Notes: a model not told the origin generated them from the sequence alone. A stretch of DNA of 64,000 nt from Patescibacteria group bacterium (GCA_041650715.1 JBAZKQ010000001.1:518945-582944), one strand, 5' to 3'; shown: positions 10,141 through 19,635, counted from the first letter of the stretch. Program-made: numbers and translations.

Positions 10141-10175
10141 AAAAAATAGCTCCTTAATCAGGGGCTATTTTTTTA
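10141..10175. terminator. Bidirectional rho-independent terminator (rpmB / tyrS convergent)
   Basis: 9-bp stem ATAGCTCCT/AGGGGCTAT (one G-U pair) with a 5-nt loop, flanked by A6 and T6. Confidence 0.8.
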
Positions 10176-10204
10176 TTCTAAATTTTTTTAAATTTATTCT
10201 GAAT

Positions 10205-11404
10205 TTATTTCGTGACTTTAAACCAGCGTCTTTTTCCGATTTTAATTATTAAGCCGGCGGCGGAAATATTCATAATTTCCTCAGTGTCTTTATGGCTCGC
10301 GTCGTCAATCTTAATCCCGCCCTGGACAAATAATCTTTTAATATCGCTATTACTCGTCTCGGGAATTAATTTTTTTACAATTTCATAAAGTGAAAGTTTG
10401 ACCGCACCCAACTGCAACGCCTCCATATCTTCCGGTATTTCCCTTTTCTGAAATTTGCTCACAAAGTCGGCTTGAGCGGCTTGCGCTTCTTTTTCTCCAT
10501 GGAAAATTTTTGTGACTTCATATGCGGCACGAATTTTTGCATCCCGCGGATTAGCAGCGCCCATAATTTCTTTAATTTCCGAAAGTGGAATTCTGGTATT
10601 ATTGATTAGAAAAACATCGATCATCTCATCCGGCTGCGCCATTATACCGGCAAACATATCGGCCGAGGAGGCATTAAGAAAAATTCCGGTACCGCGGCTC
10701 TTCGACATTAACTCTTTAGTCTTCGGGTTTTCCATTAAATTAACCGCCACCACGAATTTATCTTTATTTCTGAGTTTCTTGAGCAAAGTGCGGCCCATTA
10801 GGGCATTAAAAATCTGATCGGTCCCGCAAAGCTCAACGTCGACGTCCATCGCGACGCTATCATAACCCTGCATCAGCGGATACATAAATTCATGCAAATA
10901 TATCGGCTTATTCTCCGCCAAGCGTTTTTGGAACATGTCGCGCTCGAGCATTTGCTGCGCCGTCACATTGGAGGCCAGATTAACTACTTCCTCCATCGTT
11001 AATTTCGCCAACCAGTCATGATTATATTTAATAAGCGGCGGATTATCTATATCATTAAAGTCCATCAGCGGTTTAATCTGTTCTACCCAGCTTTTGACGT
11101 TTACCATAATCTCATCGCGCGTGAGCTGCTTGCGCGTTGTCGCCTTGTCGGTCGGGTCGCCGATGCGTGCCGTAAAATCGCCAATCAAAACTATTACTTC
11201 ATGTCCGAGCTTACGAAATTCCTCGAGCAACATGTAGTTTTTCGCATGGCTCAAATGAAGCGCCGTCGAAGTCGGGTCGGCGCCGATATAAAAGCGTAAT
11301 TTTCTTGTCGCCAAGGCTTCGGCAAATTCTTTTTTATCGGGAAAAACCTGGACGACGACACCTCGGTCCAAAATCTCATTAATTTTTTCTTTTTGTGCTT
11401 TCAT
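10205..11404 (-). CDS. tyrS: Tyrosyl-tRNA synthetase (type 2, KMSKS-like loop, S4-like C-terminus)
   Basis: GADPTSTALHLSHA (HIGH region), IGDFTARIGDPTDKATTRKQL, LMSKSRG, and a C-terminal S4-like segment IKRLFVQGGIKIDD. Confidence 0.9.
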   Translation of the reverse strand: MKAQKEKINEILDRGVVVQVFPDKKEFAEALATRKLRFYIGADPTSTALHLSHAKNYMLLEEFRKLGHEVIVLIGDFTARIGDPTDKATTRKQLTRDEIMVNVKSWVEQIKPLMDFNDIDNPPLIKYNHDWLAKLTMEEVVNLASNVTAQQMLERDMFQKRLAENKPIYLHEFMYPLMQGYDSVAMDVDVELCGTDQIFNALMGRTLLKKLRNKDKFVVAVNLMENPKTKELMSKSRGTGIFLNASSADMFAGIMAQPDEMIDVFLINNTRIPLSEIKEIMGAANPRDAKIRAAYEVTKIFHGEKEAQAAQADFVSKFQKREIPEDMEALQLGAVKLSLYEIVKKLIPETSNSDIKRLFVQGGIKIDDASHKDTEEIMNISAAGLIIKIGKRRWFKVTK

Positions 11405-11477
11405 ATATATCTCTCTAAAAATCGCCTTTTTTCATTAGATTATACCTAAATCTTACTACGGATAATGACTATCGTCA

Positions 11478-11509
11478 ATAAAAAAACCGCACCTATTAGG
11501 GGGCGGTTT
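11478..11509 (-). terminator. Rho-independent terminator after pgeF
   Basis: Minus strand reads AACCGCCCC-ctaat-AGGTGCGGTT followed by TTTTTTTATT. Confidence 0.75.
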
Positions 11510-11532
11510 GAAAGTTCGCAAGACAGCTTTAT

Positions 11533-12243
11533 TTAGAATTCCATTCCTAAATATGCCAGTCCGGCTTTAACGCGCGAATGTTTATCGCGGCGATGGGAAA
11601 AATATTCTTCACCGCAATAAGTGCAGACCTCAGAAATTTTTATATTCTCAGCACTCAGTCCGGCGCTTAAAAGTTGGCGTTTAATGGCGCCTCCCAAATT
11701 AACATAATATTTGTTGTCGCGTTTGCCGACGTCTGCCGGATTAAATTTAGCAGCGACATCAGGACCTACTTCGAAATGGCAGGACCGAATCCGTGGACCG
11801 ATGAAGGCCTGAATATCTTTACTGCGTGAACCGTATTCATCAGCCATTTTCTCAATGCCTAATTTAACGACTTTAGCCGCCGTGCCGCGCCATCCGCAAT
11901 GTAGCAAGGCGATAACGCGCAAACGAGAGTCAAACAAGTAAAGCGGCGCACAATCAGCCACTGAAATAGCCAGGGTTGTCCCCGAGACATTTGTAATCAG
12001 GCCATCCGAATTAGTGACTATGCAACCCTGATTTCTGGAGTCGGCCTTGGTAATTTTAGTACCATGAGCGCTAAAAACGCTAACCACTTTTTTCGGGTCT
12101 ATCCCCAGGCGTAAAAATAAGTTTAACCTGTTAATATCGGCCTCGGAGTGTTTATCACTCTTATGCAACTTCATATCGCCATCGCTCACCTTGGACAACC
12201 CGAATATTAAGCCCTGATCGTTACGAAAAATTTGTTTTTCCAT
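11533..12243 (-). CDS. pgeF: Peptidoglycan editing factor PgeF / YfiH (DUF152) family
   Basis: 236 aa with SVADCAPL and HCGWRG motifs typical of the family. Confidence 0.85.
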   Translation of the reverse strand: MEKQIFRNDQGLIFGLSKVSDGDMKLHKSDKHSEADINRLNLFLRLGIDPKKVVSVFSAHGTKITKADSRNQGCIVTNSDGLITNVSGTTLAISVADCAPLYLFDSRLRVIALLHCGWRGTAAKVVKLGIEKMADEYGSRSKDIQAFIGPRIRSCHFEVGPDVAAKFNPADVGKRDNKYYVNLGGAIKRQLLSAGLSAENIKISEVCTYCGEEYFSHRRDKHSRVKAGLAYLGMEF

Positions 12244-12277
12244 GCAATTTTTATTTTTGTAGTTTAGATATTTTGTT

Positions 12278-13126
12278 TTACGTTAATTTTCGGGAAAGGA
12301 AATAACCGGTGTACATATTACCCCAGCTAATAGATAAACCAATTTTATCAAAATTTCCGACAGCAACAAAATCACCCTCATTATTATCTGGCATTAAATC
12401 ACAGGTACGACCGAACTCACTGGGATTCAAATATGTTTTGTTTTTAACATAATACTGAAAATGCATTGATATGCATTCTATAGTATTTGGTCTAAAATAC
12501 TGATCCCATGACTCAATTGGTCTTTCCGGAGTACTGAAATATGAAGGGAGTATACCTTTGTACATGAGAAACCAGTCATAGCGGTGTTTTGGGTTAGTAG
12601 CAAATCCAAGATTTTCGTACCATGGAGCTTTGTTAGAACTAGGTGATGGTATCGTGTTCCCACCAATAAATTTAGGTTGACCTTTAGCCGGTAAAATTTT
12701 TCGCCAGGTATTAATATTCATGTAGCGATCAATTGTCGAAGTTTCAATTTTCTTTGGTAAACAGAAAAGAAAATGCGTATCTTTTACTTTCTTACCTTTC
12801 TCAAAGGGACAATCTCCATTGGCTATTTGGGTCAGCCTGTGCATGCTTATCGGCAGTTCAATCTCCAAATAAACATTGAAGTGCCGGAACCATTCAGTCG
12901 GACCAAAATAATTTTCCTTACCCATGATTGACAAAAATTGCTGATCATCAATTCTGGGCTGGAATTGTTTCGACAAAATTAGATTGGCGACTTCTTCAGC
13001 TAAATTTTTATCTTGTCGAAGTAGCTTAAAGCTACTTACATTCAAGCCCTGCTTTTCCAGGGCTTCAATCGTGGCCATGATTTCATAGCCAGTCATGGTT
13101 GATAATACTTTTTGATTAGTGTCCAT
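12278..13126 (-). CDS. Orphan hypothetical protein, compositionally atypical
   Basis: The ORF is open to 13177. The ATG at 13126 is preceded by aaaaaaGGAGaccagtgt, one of the very few SD motifs in the window. Aromatic-rich 282 aa with no recognisable motif. CpG count is about 1-2 per 60 nt versus 4-10 in the flanking genes. Confidence 0.6.
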   Translation of the reverse strand: MDTNQKVLSTMTGYEIMATIEALEKQGLNVSSFKLLRQDKNLAEEVANLILSKQFQPRIDDQQFLSIMGKENYFGPTEWFRHFNVYLEIELPISMHRLTQIANGDCPFEKGKKVKDTHFLFCLPKKIETSTIDRYMNINTWRKILPAKGQPKFIGGNTIPSPSSNKAPWYENLGFATNPKHRYDWFLMYKGILPSYFSTPERPIESWDQYFRPNTIECISMHFQYYVKNKTYLNPSEFGRTCDLMPDNNEGDFVAVGNFDKIGLSISWGNMYTGYFLSRKLT

Positions 13127-13200
13127 ACACTGGTCTCCTTTTTTGTTTATGCCTAGTCTTACTGATTTAAAGACCATGGCGAGTGAATAATTATGAAAGA

Positions 13201-13261
13201 ACGATACTCAACTATAATTTGAGCATCGTCTTATTTAAACACGAGAAACTAATCTTGTCAA
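13201..13261 (-). promoter_or_regulatory. Candidate promoter plus 11-bp hairpin upstream of the orphan gene
   Basis: Minus strand reads TTGACA (13261..13256, overlapping the comEC TGA), 17 nt, TTAAAT (13238..13233). Then a hairpin ACGATGCTCAA-attatag-TTGAGTATCGT at 13229..13201. Confidence 0.4.
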
Positions 13262-14640
13262 TGCCGAAATCTGCGATATAGTAGGATTAATATGGCATAA
13301 TACCCCGCCCCCAAATACCAATTAAAGTGATTAATATTTACTGCCGCCCAGGTAGACGCAGCTAAAAGCGTAGAAACGAAGAAGATAAATTTTAATAATA
13401 AATACGCCGGGAAAAACCAAAACAAACTGAGGGTCGGAATTAAAGCGCTGAGAAATAGCGCGCCAATGAGCGCCGCTAAAAGCGGTGCAAAAGTCCAAAG
13501 CACGAGGACGTTCGCGAGCGGCGCAATCAGCGATAATTGCTTAAAATTAATAAGCGCGATCGGCAAAATTACGATTTGCGAAATTAGAGTTAAATTAATC
13601 GTATCTAAAATTGTTTTTAAAAATTTTTTGGTTTTTATTTTCAGCTTTCTTTTCTCTAAAAAGCGCTTCGTAATTCCCTCGCCAATCGGGTATAAATAGA
13701 TAATTCCGAGGAGCGCCATGAATGATAATTGAAAACCAATATCGGCCCGCAGAATTTTTGGATTAAAAATTAGCATAGCGGCGGCCGAAAAAACCAAAGC
13801 TTTTATGAGCGATCCAGAGCGCTGATAATACATGGCTAAAAAAGCGAGACCGCCCATAATCGCCGACCGTACTGCCGAGGCGGCCAAACCGGTAATGAGC
13901 GGATAAATTAATAAAAACCCAAAAATGATGAGGAGGGCGCGCCGACGCCGCACTCCGAGCGCCAAGAGAAAATTTATAATCATCGCGCTTAAAATCGTGA
14001 TGTGTGAGCCCGATATCGCAATCATATGGCTTAGGCCCACTCGCGAAAAAATCTGTAAATCTTCGCGCATGACTGTCCGGCGATAGCCGAGGAGCAGCGC
14101 ATTAGCGAGTCCGGCTTCCGGCTCCGGCAAATTTAAATCGATTAGATCCTTAAGTCGCCATTTAAATTTCATCAGAGATAGGTAAACATTTTGTGAACCG
14201 CTGAGCTCGCCAGTAATTGTGCTTATTTGGGGATAATACATCACCGAATAAATATCGTAGCGCGCGAGATAGCTTTCATAATCAAAACCGTCTATCTCGG
14301 GCGGAGCTTCAAGTGTTCCCGTTATTTTAATAAAATCGCCATAATCATAAATGGGATATAAATCAGTCGTAATAAGAACAAGACCCCCCGTTTTGCCAAG
14401 GGCGCATAGCGTTAAGCGCCGGCTTTTATAATCGGTATCCGCCTCCTCACAAACCCGTCCGGAAAACGATAAAGACTTGCCATTATAGAAAGAAATATCA
14501 CCTGAACCGGGCGGCGCCAAAAAGGCGTGCGGTTGAAAGCCCAAAATAAAAACACCCGCAATAAATAATATATTTATAATTAAAAATATTTTCGCTGGAG
14601 ATAAACGCCCAGCATAAAAAGCCTGTCTTAATTTGGACAT
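13258..14640 (-). CDS. comEC: ComEC/Rec2 family DNA internalisation channel protein
   Basis: 460 aa, polytopic, with GLSHMIAISGSHITIL competence-domain motif and an N-terminal OB-like segment after the first TM. Confidence 0.85.
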   Translation of the reverse strand: MSKLRQAFYAGRLSPAKIFLIINILFIAGVFILGFQPHAFLAPPGSGDISFYNGKSLSFSGRVCEEADTDYKSRRLTLCALGKTGGLVLITTDLYPIYDYGDFIKITGTLEAPPEIDGFDYESYLARYDIYSVMYYPQISTITGELSGSQNVYLSLMKFKWRLKDLIDLNLPEPEAGLANALLLGYRRTVMREDLQIFSRVGLSHMIAISGSHITILSAMIINFLLALGVRRRRALLIIFGFLLIYPLITGLAASAVRSAIMGGLAFLAMYYQRSGSLIKALVFSAAAMLIFNPKILRADIGFQLSFMALLGIIYLYPIGEGITKRFLEKRKLKIKTKKFLKTILDTINLTLISQIVILPIALINFKQLSLIAPLANVLVLWTFAPLLAALIGALFLSALIPTLSLFWFFPAYLLLKFIFFVSTLLAASTWAAVNINHFNWYLGAGYYAILILLYRRFRH

Positions 14641-14667
14641 AAAAAAACCACTATTGTTAGTAGTGGT
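14641..14667 (-). terminator. Rho-independent terminator after prfB
   Basis: Stem ACCACTA/TAGTGGT with a 7-nt loop, followed on the minus strand by T7. Confidence 0.75.
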
Positions 14668-14703
14668 ATTGTAGCGAATTCATGATGAAGAAAAGATAAA
14701 GAT

Positions 14704-15801
14704 TTAGTTTGTCTTCAACCACCTCAGATATGCTTCCATAAAAGGCTCCAGATCGCCATCAAGGACTACATCGACGTTAGAAGTTTCATAATTACTGCGG
14801 TGGTCCTTAACTAAACGGTTGCCGTAAAGAAAATAGGAGCGAATCTGCCGACCCCATTCGGCCTTCGTTAATTCCCCTTTCAATTTCCGCTTCTCTGCTT
14901 CTTTTTCTTCGTGCGCCAAAAGAGCCAACTTAGTTTTTAGAATGCGGAAGGCGTTTTCCCTGTTTTGATGTTGCGAGCGCTCACTCTGGCAAGAAACTGT
15001 AATCCCGGTCGGAATATGAACAATCCTGACCGCCGAATCGGTTGTATTAACGCTTTGGCCACCGGGGCCCGAGGAACGAAAAACATCAATGCGCAAATCC
15101 TCATCTTTAAGTACAATTGCAGCCTCATCTTTAATTTCCGGAATTACTTCGGCGAGAGCAAAAGAAGTCTGACGTAAACCATCCGCATTGAAGGGCGAAT
15201 TGCGCAGTAAACGGTGCACGCCATTTTCACTCTTTAAATAACCATAAGCCCAAGGACCGACAATACGGAGCATAACGCTTTTGAGCCCGGCCTCATTGCC
15301 ATAATTACTATCAAGAATTTCCACTTTCCAGCCCTGCCTTTCTGCGAAGCGCAAATACATCCTTTCGAGCATTTGCGTCCAATCCTGGGCGTCTACGCCG
15401 CCCGTACCGGAGTGTAGGGAGAGCAAGGCGTTATCATGGTCATATTCTTCCGAGAAAAGCGACAGGAACTCTAAATGAGAAAATTTCTTCTCGAGTTCTT
15501 CGTATTTGCTTTCTAATTCATTAGTTAAATCTCCGCCCGCTTCTTTCTGCGCCATAGCGGCCATTTCCTCGGCATCACTAATTTCAGTTTCCATGGCTTG
15601 CCATTCTTTAATTTCGGTGGCGAGTTCCTCAACTTCTTGACCGACTTTAACCGCCGCTTCCCGGTCATTCCAGAAATCCGGCGCCGACATTTTAAGTCTT
15701 AATTCTTTCTCCGAAACCACTTTGCGGTCAATATCTAAAAGCGCTTTTGTCTTCAAAAAGCGTTCCCGTAGCTCTTCCAGTTTTTTGATGAGGTTTTCCA
15801 T
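14704..15801 (-). CDS. prfB: Peptide chain release factor 2, encoded in one frame
   Basis: 365 aa with the SPF tripeptide (RNSPFNA) and GGQ (SGPGGQSVN). There is no in-frame UGA or frameshift site near codon 25. Confidence 0.95.
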   Translation of the reverse strand: MENLIKKLEELRERFLKTKALLDIDRKVVSEKELRLKMSAPDFWNDREAAVKVGQEVEELATEIKEWQAMETEISDAEEMAAMAQKEAGGDLTNELESKYEELEKKFSHLEFLSLFSEEYDHDNALLSLHSGTGGVDAQDWTQMLERMYLRFAERQGWKVEILDSNYGNEAGLKSVMLRIVGPWAYGYLKSENGVHRLLRNSPFNADGLRQTSFALAEVIPEIKDEAAIVLKDEDLRIDVFRSSGPGGQSVNTTDSAVRIVHIPTGITVSCQSERSQHQNRENAFRILKTKLALLAHEEKEAEKRKLKGELTKAEWGRQIRSYFLYGNRLVKDHRSNYETSNVDVVLDGDLEPFMEAYLRWLKTN

Positions 15802-15817
15802 ATATTTAAATTATAGC

Positions 15818-15846
15818 AAAAAAACGCCCCAGTAAATAGGGCGTTT
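15818..15846 (-). terminator. Rho-independent terminator after rpsI
   Basis: 8-bp stem AAACGCCC/GGGCGTTT with a 9-nt loop, followed by a T-run on the minus strand. It directly abuts a TATAAT at 15815..15810. Confidence 0.75.
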
Positions 15847-15872
15847 CTTCGTATATAGAGTGTATAGAATTT

Positions 15873-16373
15873 TTAACGTTTGCTCCACTGTGGGGCCTTT
15901 CTCGCTTTGCGCAGACCCGGTTTCTTTCTTTCAACTTGTCTCGGATCGCGGGTTAAAAAGTTATTAACCTTCAAAGCTTCTTTCGTGGTCGGGTCAAGGG
16001 TAAAGACAGCGCGCGCGATGCCTAAGCGCACCGCATCGATTTGGCCCATCTTGCCACCACCGGAAACAATCACGGAAAAATTATAGTCGCGTAAATGGCC
16101 GGTCGCTTTCAGGGGTTGAACAATGATGCCTAAACCTTCACCCGGAAAATATTCAATCGCCCGTTTACCATTAATCATGATGATACCTTTACCACCTTCG
16201 TAAAGACGAACTTGAGCGGTCGCCTGCTTGCGGCGTCCGACGGCTTTCAAATACTTACCGGAAAATTCAACGGTTTCATTTTTCGCCCAGTCTTTTTCCT
16301 CATCCGGATTATCATTAACAATAATTTCAAACGAGTCGGTATCCATGATCTCTTGTTTCTTTTTTTCAGCCAT
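15873..16373 (-). CDS. rpsI: 30S ribosomal protein S9 with a ~40-aa N-terminal extension
   Basis: Core AVGRRKQATAQVRL...GGGKMGQIDAVRLGIARA...LTRDPRQVERKKPGLRKARKAPQWSKR. Confidence 0.95.
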   Translation of the reverse strand: MAEKKKQEIMDTDSFEIIVNDNPDEEKDWAKNETVEFSGKYLKAVGRRKQATAQVRLYEGGKGIIMINGKRAIEYFPGEGLGIIVQPLKATGHLRDYNFSVIVSGGGKMGQIDAVRLGIARAVFTLDPTTKEALKVNNFLTRDPRQVERKKPGLRKARKAPQWSKR

Positions 16374-16374
16374 A

Positions 16375-16731
16375 TTATTTAATGATTAATCTTTTTAACA
16401 TATTAACGCGCAACTTAGTTGGCGGTAACATTTCGCGCACGGCACGGTGTAAAACATCACCCGGGTCTTTTGCAAAAACAACGGACATCTTCTTGCTCTT
16501 CAAACCGCCTAAATATCCGGAATAATGATGATATTGTTTTTGATCAAGTTTCTTGCCGGTGAATTTCATTTTTGAAATATTTTTTACTTCAACGATATCG
16601 CCTAAATCTAAATGCGCCTGATATTCCGGCTTATTCTTCCCGCGTAAAATCAGAGCAATTTTGGTCGCTAAGCGGCCAACGCTTAAATCCGTAGCATCAA
16701 GTTGATGTAATTTTCTCTCGATATTTTTCAT
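16375..16731 (-). CDS. rplM: 50S ribosomal protein L13
   Basis: 118 aa with DATDLSVGRLATKIALILRGKNKPEY and HHYSGYLGGLK; precedes rpsI. Confidence 0.93.
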   Translation of the reverse strand: MKNIERKLHQLDATDLSVGRLATKIALILRGKNKPEYQAHLDLGDIVEVKNISKMKFTGKKLDQKQYHHYSGYLGGLKSKKMSVVFAKDPGDVLHRAVREMLPPTKLRVNMLKRLIIK

Positions 16732-16735
16732 ATAA

Positions 16736-17086
16736 TTATACTAATTCAATTTGCACCATTTCGGCGCCATCACCTTGGCGAACACCTAATTTAGTGGTCC
16801 GTGTATAACCACCCGGACGATTTTTATAACGGACTCCTAAAACTTCAATCGCTTTTTTAACGGCGTTTTTCTGTAAGAGAACCTTAATTAAGCCGCGGCG
16901 TGCATTTAAATCACCAGCTTTAGAAGAGGTAATTAATTTCTCCACCAAAGGGCGGACAGCCTGGGCCTTCGCCTTGGTTGTCTTAACATGCTCGTATAAT
17001 AAAATACTGGAGGCCAAATTACGCAACATGAGTTCGCGCGGTCCTTTCTTTCTATCAAGAATTTTGTTTTTATTTCTGTGACGCAT
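16736..17086 (-). CDS. rplQ: 50S ribosomal protein L17
   Basis: MRHRNKNKILDRKKGPRELMLRNLASSILLYEHVKTTKAKA, typical of L17; follows rpoA. Confidence 0.95.
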   Translation of the reverse strand: MRHRNKNKILDRKKGPRELMLRNLASSILLYEHVKTTKAKAQAVRPLVEKLITSSKAGDLNARRGLIKVLLQKNAVKKAIEVLGVRYKNRPGGYTRTTKLGVRQGDGAEMVQIELV

Positions 17087-17104
17087 ACTAGCGGAATTTA
17101 CTAA

Positions 17105-17944
17105 TTATTTTTTAACTTTAACTTTTTTTTCTTTTTTCTCTTTCTTTTCTTTCTTGGCAACCGGTTCATCTTCGTTCTCTTCTTCCGTTTCTTCGGGCGC
17201 AATCACTTCAACGCTCATTTCCGGAGTCTCAGTCATGGCTTCTTCTTTAGCGGCCATGGCACCCGGTAATAAGGAGCTATATTGATCAACTAAAATCTTT
17301 ACAGTTTCATTGAAAGCAACTTCTGGAGTAATCGTGCCGTCAGTTTTAACATTCAAAACTAATTTATCCCAGTTAGTCATTTTACCGACACGGGTATTCT
17401 CGACTGAGCTTGAAACTAAAATTACGGGAGAAAACATGGAATCAATTTCGATATAGCCGATTTCGCGATTTTCCTTCTTCGCTCCTTCCGGCATCTTATA
17501 GCCGCGGCCTTCTTTAACGACAATTTCCATTTCTAAACTTCCGGCTTCGTCAGTAATATTAGCAATCACCAGGTCAGGGTTCTTAATTTCTACCTGGCTA
17601 TTTTTAGCGATATCGCCGGCGGTGACAACTTTTTTGCCCTTGATTTTAATTTCCAAGCGCACTTCTTCTTCGGTATATACTCGTAAACGTAATTGTTTTA
17701 AATTCAAGATCATTTCCAGGACATCTTCTTTGACATGCGGTAGAGCCATAAATTCATGGCTGGCGCCTTTAATTTTCGCACCAATAACGGCTGCACCCGG
17801 CAGTGACGATAAGAGAACTCGGCGCAAGGAATTGCCCAAAGTCATACCGTAACCCGGGAATAAAGGTTCAACAGTGATGATGCCTTCATTCGGATTGCTA
17901 CCTTCTTTGAAATCAATTTTTTTAGGTAAAGCAATATTTTGCAT
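17105..17944 (-). CDS. rpoA: DNA-directed RNA polymerase alpha subunit: N-terminal domain only, plus a charged tail
   Basis: GYGMTLGNSLRRVLLSSLPGAA is an alpha-NTD signature. The NTD ends near aa 225, and the last ~55 aa are an acidic block then a lysine block. Confidence 0.92.
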   Translation of the reverse strand: MQNIALPKKIDFKEGSNPNEGIITVEPLFPGYGMTLGNSLRRVLLSSLPGAAVIGAKIKGASHEFMALPHVKEDVLEMILNLKQLRLRVYTEEEVRLEIKIKGKKVVTAGDIAKNSQVEIKNPDLVIANITDEAGSLEMEIVVKEGRGYKMPEGAKKENREIGYIEIDSMFSPVILVSSSVENTRVGKMTNWDKLVLNVKTDGTITPEVAFNETVKILVDQYSSLLPGAMAAKEEAMTETPEMSVEVIAPEETEEENEDEPVAKKEKKEKKEKKVKVKK

Positions 17945-17992
17945 AGATAATGCGGCTGACGCCGAATCAAGATTCGGACGCCGGCAATTAAT

Positions 17993-18622
17993 TTATTTTG
18001 AGTAATACTCAATGATCATTTTAACATTGATGTTCTGCGGCAGATCAAGATCTTTCGGTTCATGCAGAACTTTCGCGCTTAAATCGGTGTTGTCAAAGTT
18101 TATCCAGCTCGGACGGTCAGCCTTCTTCATTTTTTCTCCCAAATTTCTAAAGAAGGGGCTGGTCTGGCTGCTCTTTCTGATTTTGATAACTTCGCCCAGC
18201 TTAACGGAGAAAGACGGAACAGACGCTTTACGGCTATTAACGGTAAAGTGGCCATGATTGACTAGTTGACGTGCCTGCGCGCGGGATGTGGCCCAACCGA
18301 TACGGTAAACCACATTATCCAAACGCATTTCCAGGGCTTTCAAGAAATTCTTACCGGCATCGCCAGTTTTCTTGGAGGCCTTAGTATAGGTCAAACGGAA
18401 TTGCTTTTCGAGCATGCCGTAATATTTCTTGGCTTTCTGTTTTTCTTGTAATTGCAAACCGTAATCGCTTAAGCGCTTGCGGCCCTTTGGTCCGTGAAAA
18501 CCAGGAGCATAATTACGCTTAACCATGCCGCATTTCGGTCCTAAGCATCTTTCGCCCTTGAGAAATAATTTTTCTCCGGTGCGACGGCATTGTTTGCATT
18601 TAGCATCAATATTTCTTCCCAT
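17993..18622 (-). CDS. rpsD: 30S ribosomal protein S4
   Basis: 209 aa with CKQCRRTGEKLFLKGERC and RLDNVVYRIGWATSRAQARQLVNHGH motifs. Confidence 0.96.
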   Translation of the reverse strand: MGRNIDAKCKQCRRTGEKLFLKGERCLGPKCGMVKRNYAPGFHGPKGRKRLSDYGLQLQEKQKAKKYYGMLEKQFRLTYTKASKKTGDAGKNFLKALEMRLDNVVYRIGWATSRAQARQLVNHGHFTVNSRKASVPSFSVKLGEVIKIRKSSQTSPFFRNLGEKMKKADRPSWINFDNTDLSAKVLHEPKDLDLPQNINVKMIIEYYSK

Positions 18623-18633
18623 ATTATTTTAGA

Positions 18634-19218
18634 TTATACGCGACGCGGTTTTTTAGGGCGGCAACCATTGTGCGGAACCGGAGTTACGTCTTTAATGGCG
18701 ACTACATCTAAACCGTTAGCATTTAAAGCACGAATAGCGGCTTCTCGACCGGTACCGACACCGGACACAAATACGCTCACCTCTTGCAAACCGTATTCTT
18801 CTTTCGCTTTCTGCGCTGCAATTTTAGTAATAATTTGCGCGGCGTAAGGAGTCGCTTTCTTCGCGCCCTTAAAACCGGCTAAACCCGCGCTGGCCCAGGA
18901 AATAACATCACCGTTCGTATCCGTTAAAGTAATCATGGTGTTATTATAGGTCGCTTGGATATAAGCCCGGCCGACTTTCACGATTTTGGCCGTCTTTTTT
19001 TTCTTTTTCTTAATTAATTTCTTTTTAGCGCGAGCCTGCTTATTTTTTTCCAATTTCTGTTTGATTTCTTCCGGCAATTCCTCATCGCTGGAATCAAAGT
19101 TAAAACCTTCGGTTTCCTTTTCTTCCTTTTCCTCTTTAACTTCAACAGAAGGCGCAGGGACCTTTTTCGGTTCCTCAGCAGTTTTGCTCTTAGCCTCTTT
19201 TTTTACTTCTTCAGACAT
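18634..19218 (-). CDS. rpsK: 30S ribosomal protein S11 with a ~70-aa K/E-rich N-terminal extension
   Basis: Core [18 protein letters not shown]...[14 protein letters not shown]...[18 protein letters not shown]. Confidence 0.95.
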   Translation of the reverse strand: MSEEVKKEAKSKTAEEPKKVPAPSVEVKEEKEEKETEGFNFDSSDEELPEEIKQKLEKNKQARAKKKLIKKKKKKTAKIVKVGRAYIQATYNNTMITLTDTNGDVISWASAGLAGFKGAKKATPYAAQIITKIAAQKAKEEYGLQEVSVFVSGVGTGREAAIRALNANGLDVVAIKDVTPVPHNGCRPKKPRRV

Positions 19219-19239
19219 ATTTTAATCTTTTATAAATGA

Positions 19240-19635
19240 TTAGGTCTTTTGCAGTCCAGCTTTAGATTTACCGCTCACCGCTGTCACGCGCTTATTGCCA
19301 CGGACGGTACGGCTATTGGTCTTAGTTCTCTGACCTCTGACCGGTAAATGTTTAGCATGGCGCAAGCCGCGATAGCAGCCGATTTCACGCAAACGTTTGA
19401 TATTGCTTTGGACTTCACGGCGCAAATCGCCTTCAACCGTATATTTCTTCTCGATAATTTCACGTAAACGGTTAACATCCTCTTCTTTTAAGTCTTTAAC
19501 CCTAATATCCTTATCGACTTTAGCCTCAGCTAAAACCTTGTTCGACCGAGTTCGGCCCACACCGTGGATATAAGTCAAAGCAATTTCTACTCTTTTGTCA
19601 TTGGGAATATTTACTCCCGCGATTCTTACTGCCAT
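19240..19635 (-). CDS. rpsM: 30S ribosomal protein S13
   Basis: [29 protein letters not shown], typical of S13. Confidence 0.96.
   Translation of the reverse strand: MAVRIAGVNIPNDKRVEIALTYIHGVGRTRSNKVLAEAKVDKDIRVKDLKEEDVNRLREIIEKKYTVEGDLRREVQSNIKRLREIGCYRGLRHAKHLPVRGQRTKTNSRTVRGNKRVTAVSGKSKAGLQKT

Noticed and set aside
10126-11532. Possible T-box or other riboswitch leaders upstream of tyrS (and likewise of alaS, proS, ileS).
   Set aside because: The upstream gaps are only 128, 16, 67 and 11 nt. The tyrS gap is largely taken up by the pgeF terminator and a short A/T-rich leader. I saw no specifier-loop or T-box sequence.
14704-15801. The programmed +1 frameshift site typical of prfB.
   Set aside because: The gene is one uninterrupted frame from ATG to stop, with no internal UGA near codon 25.
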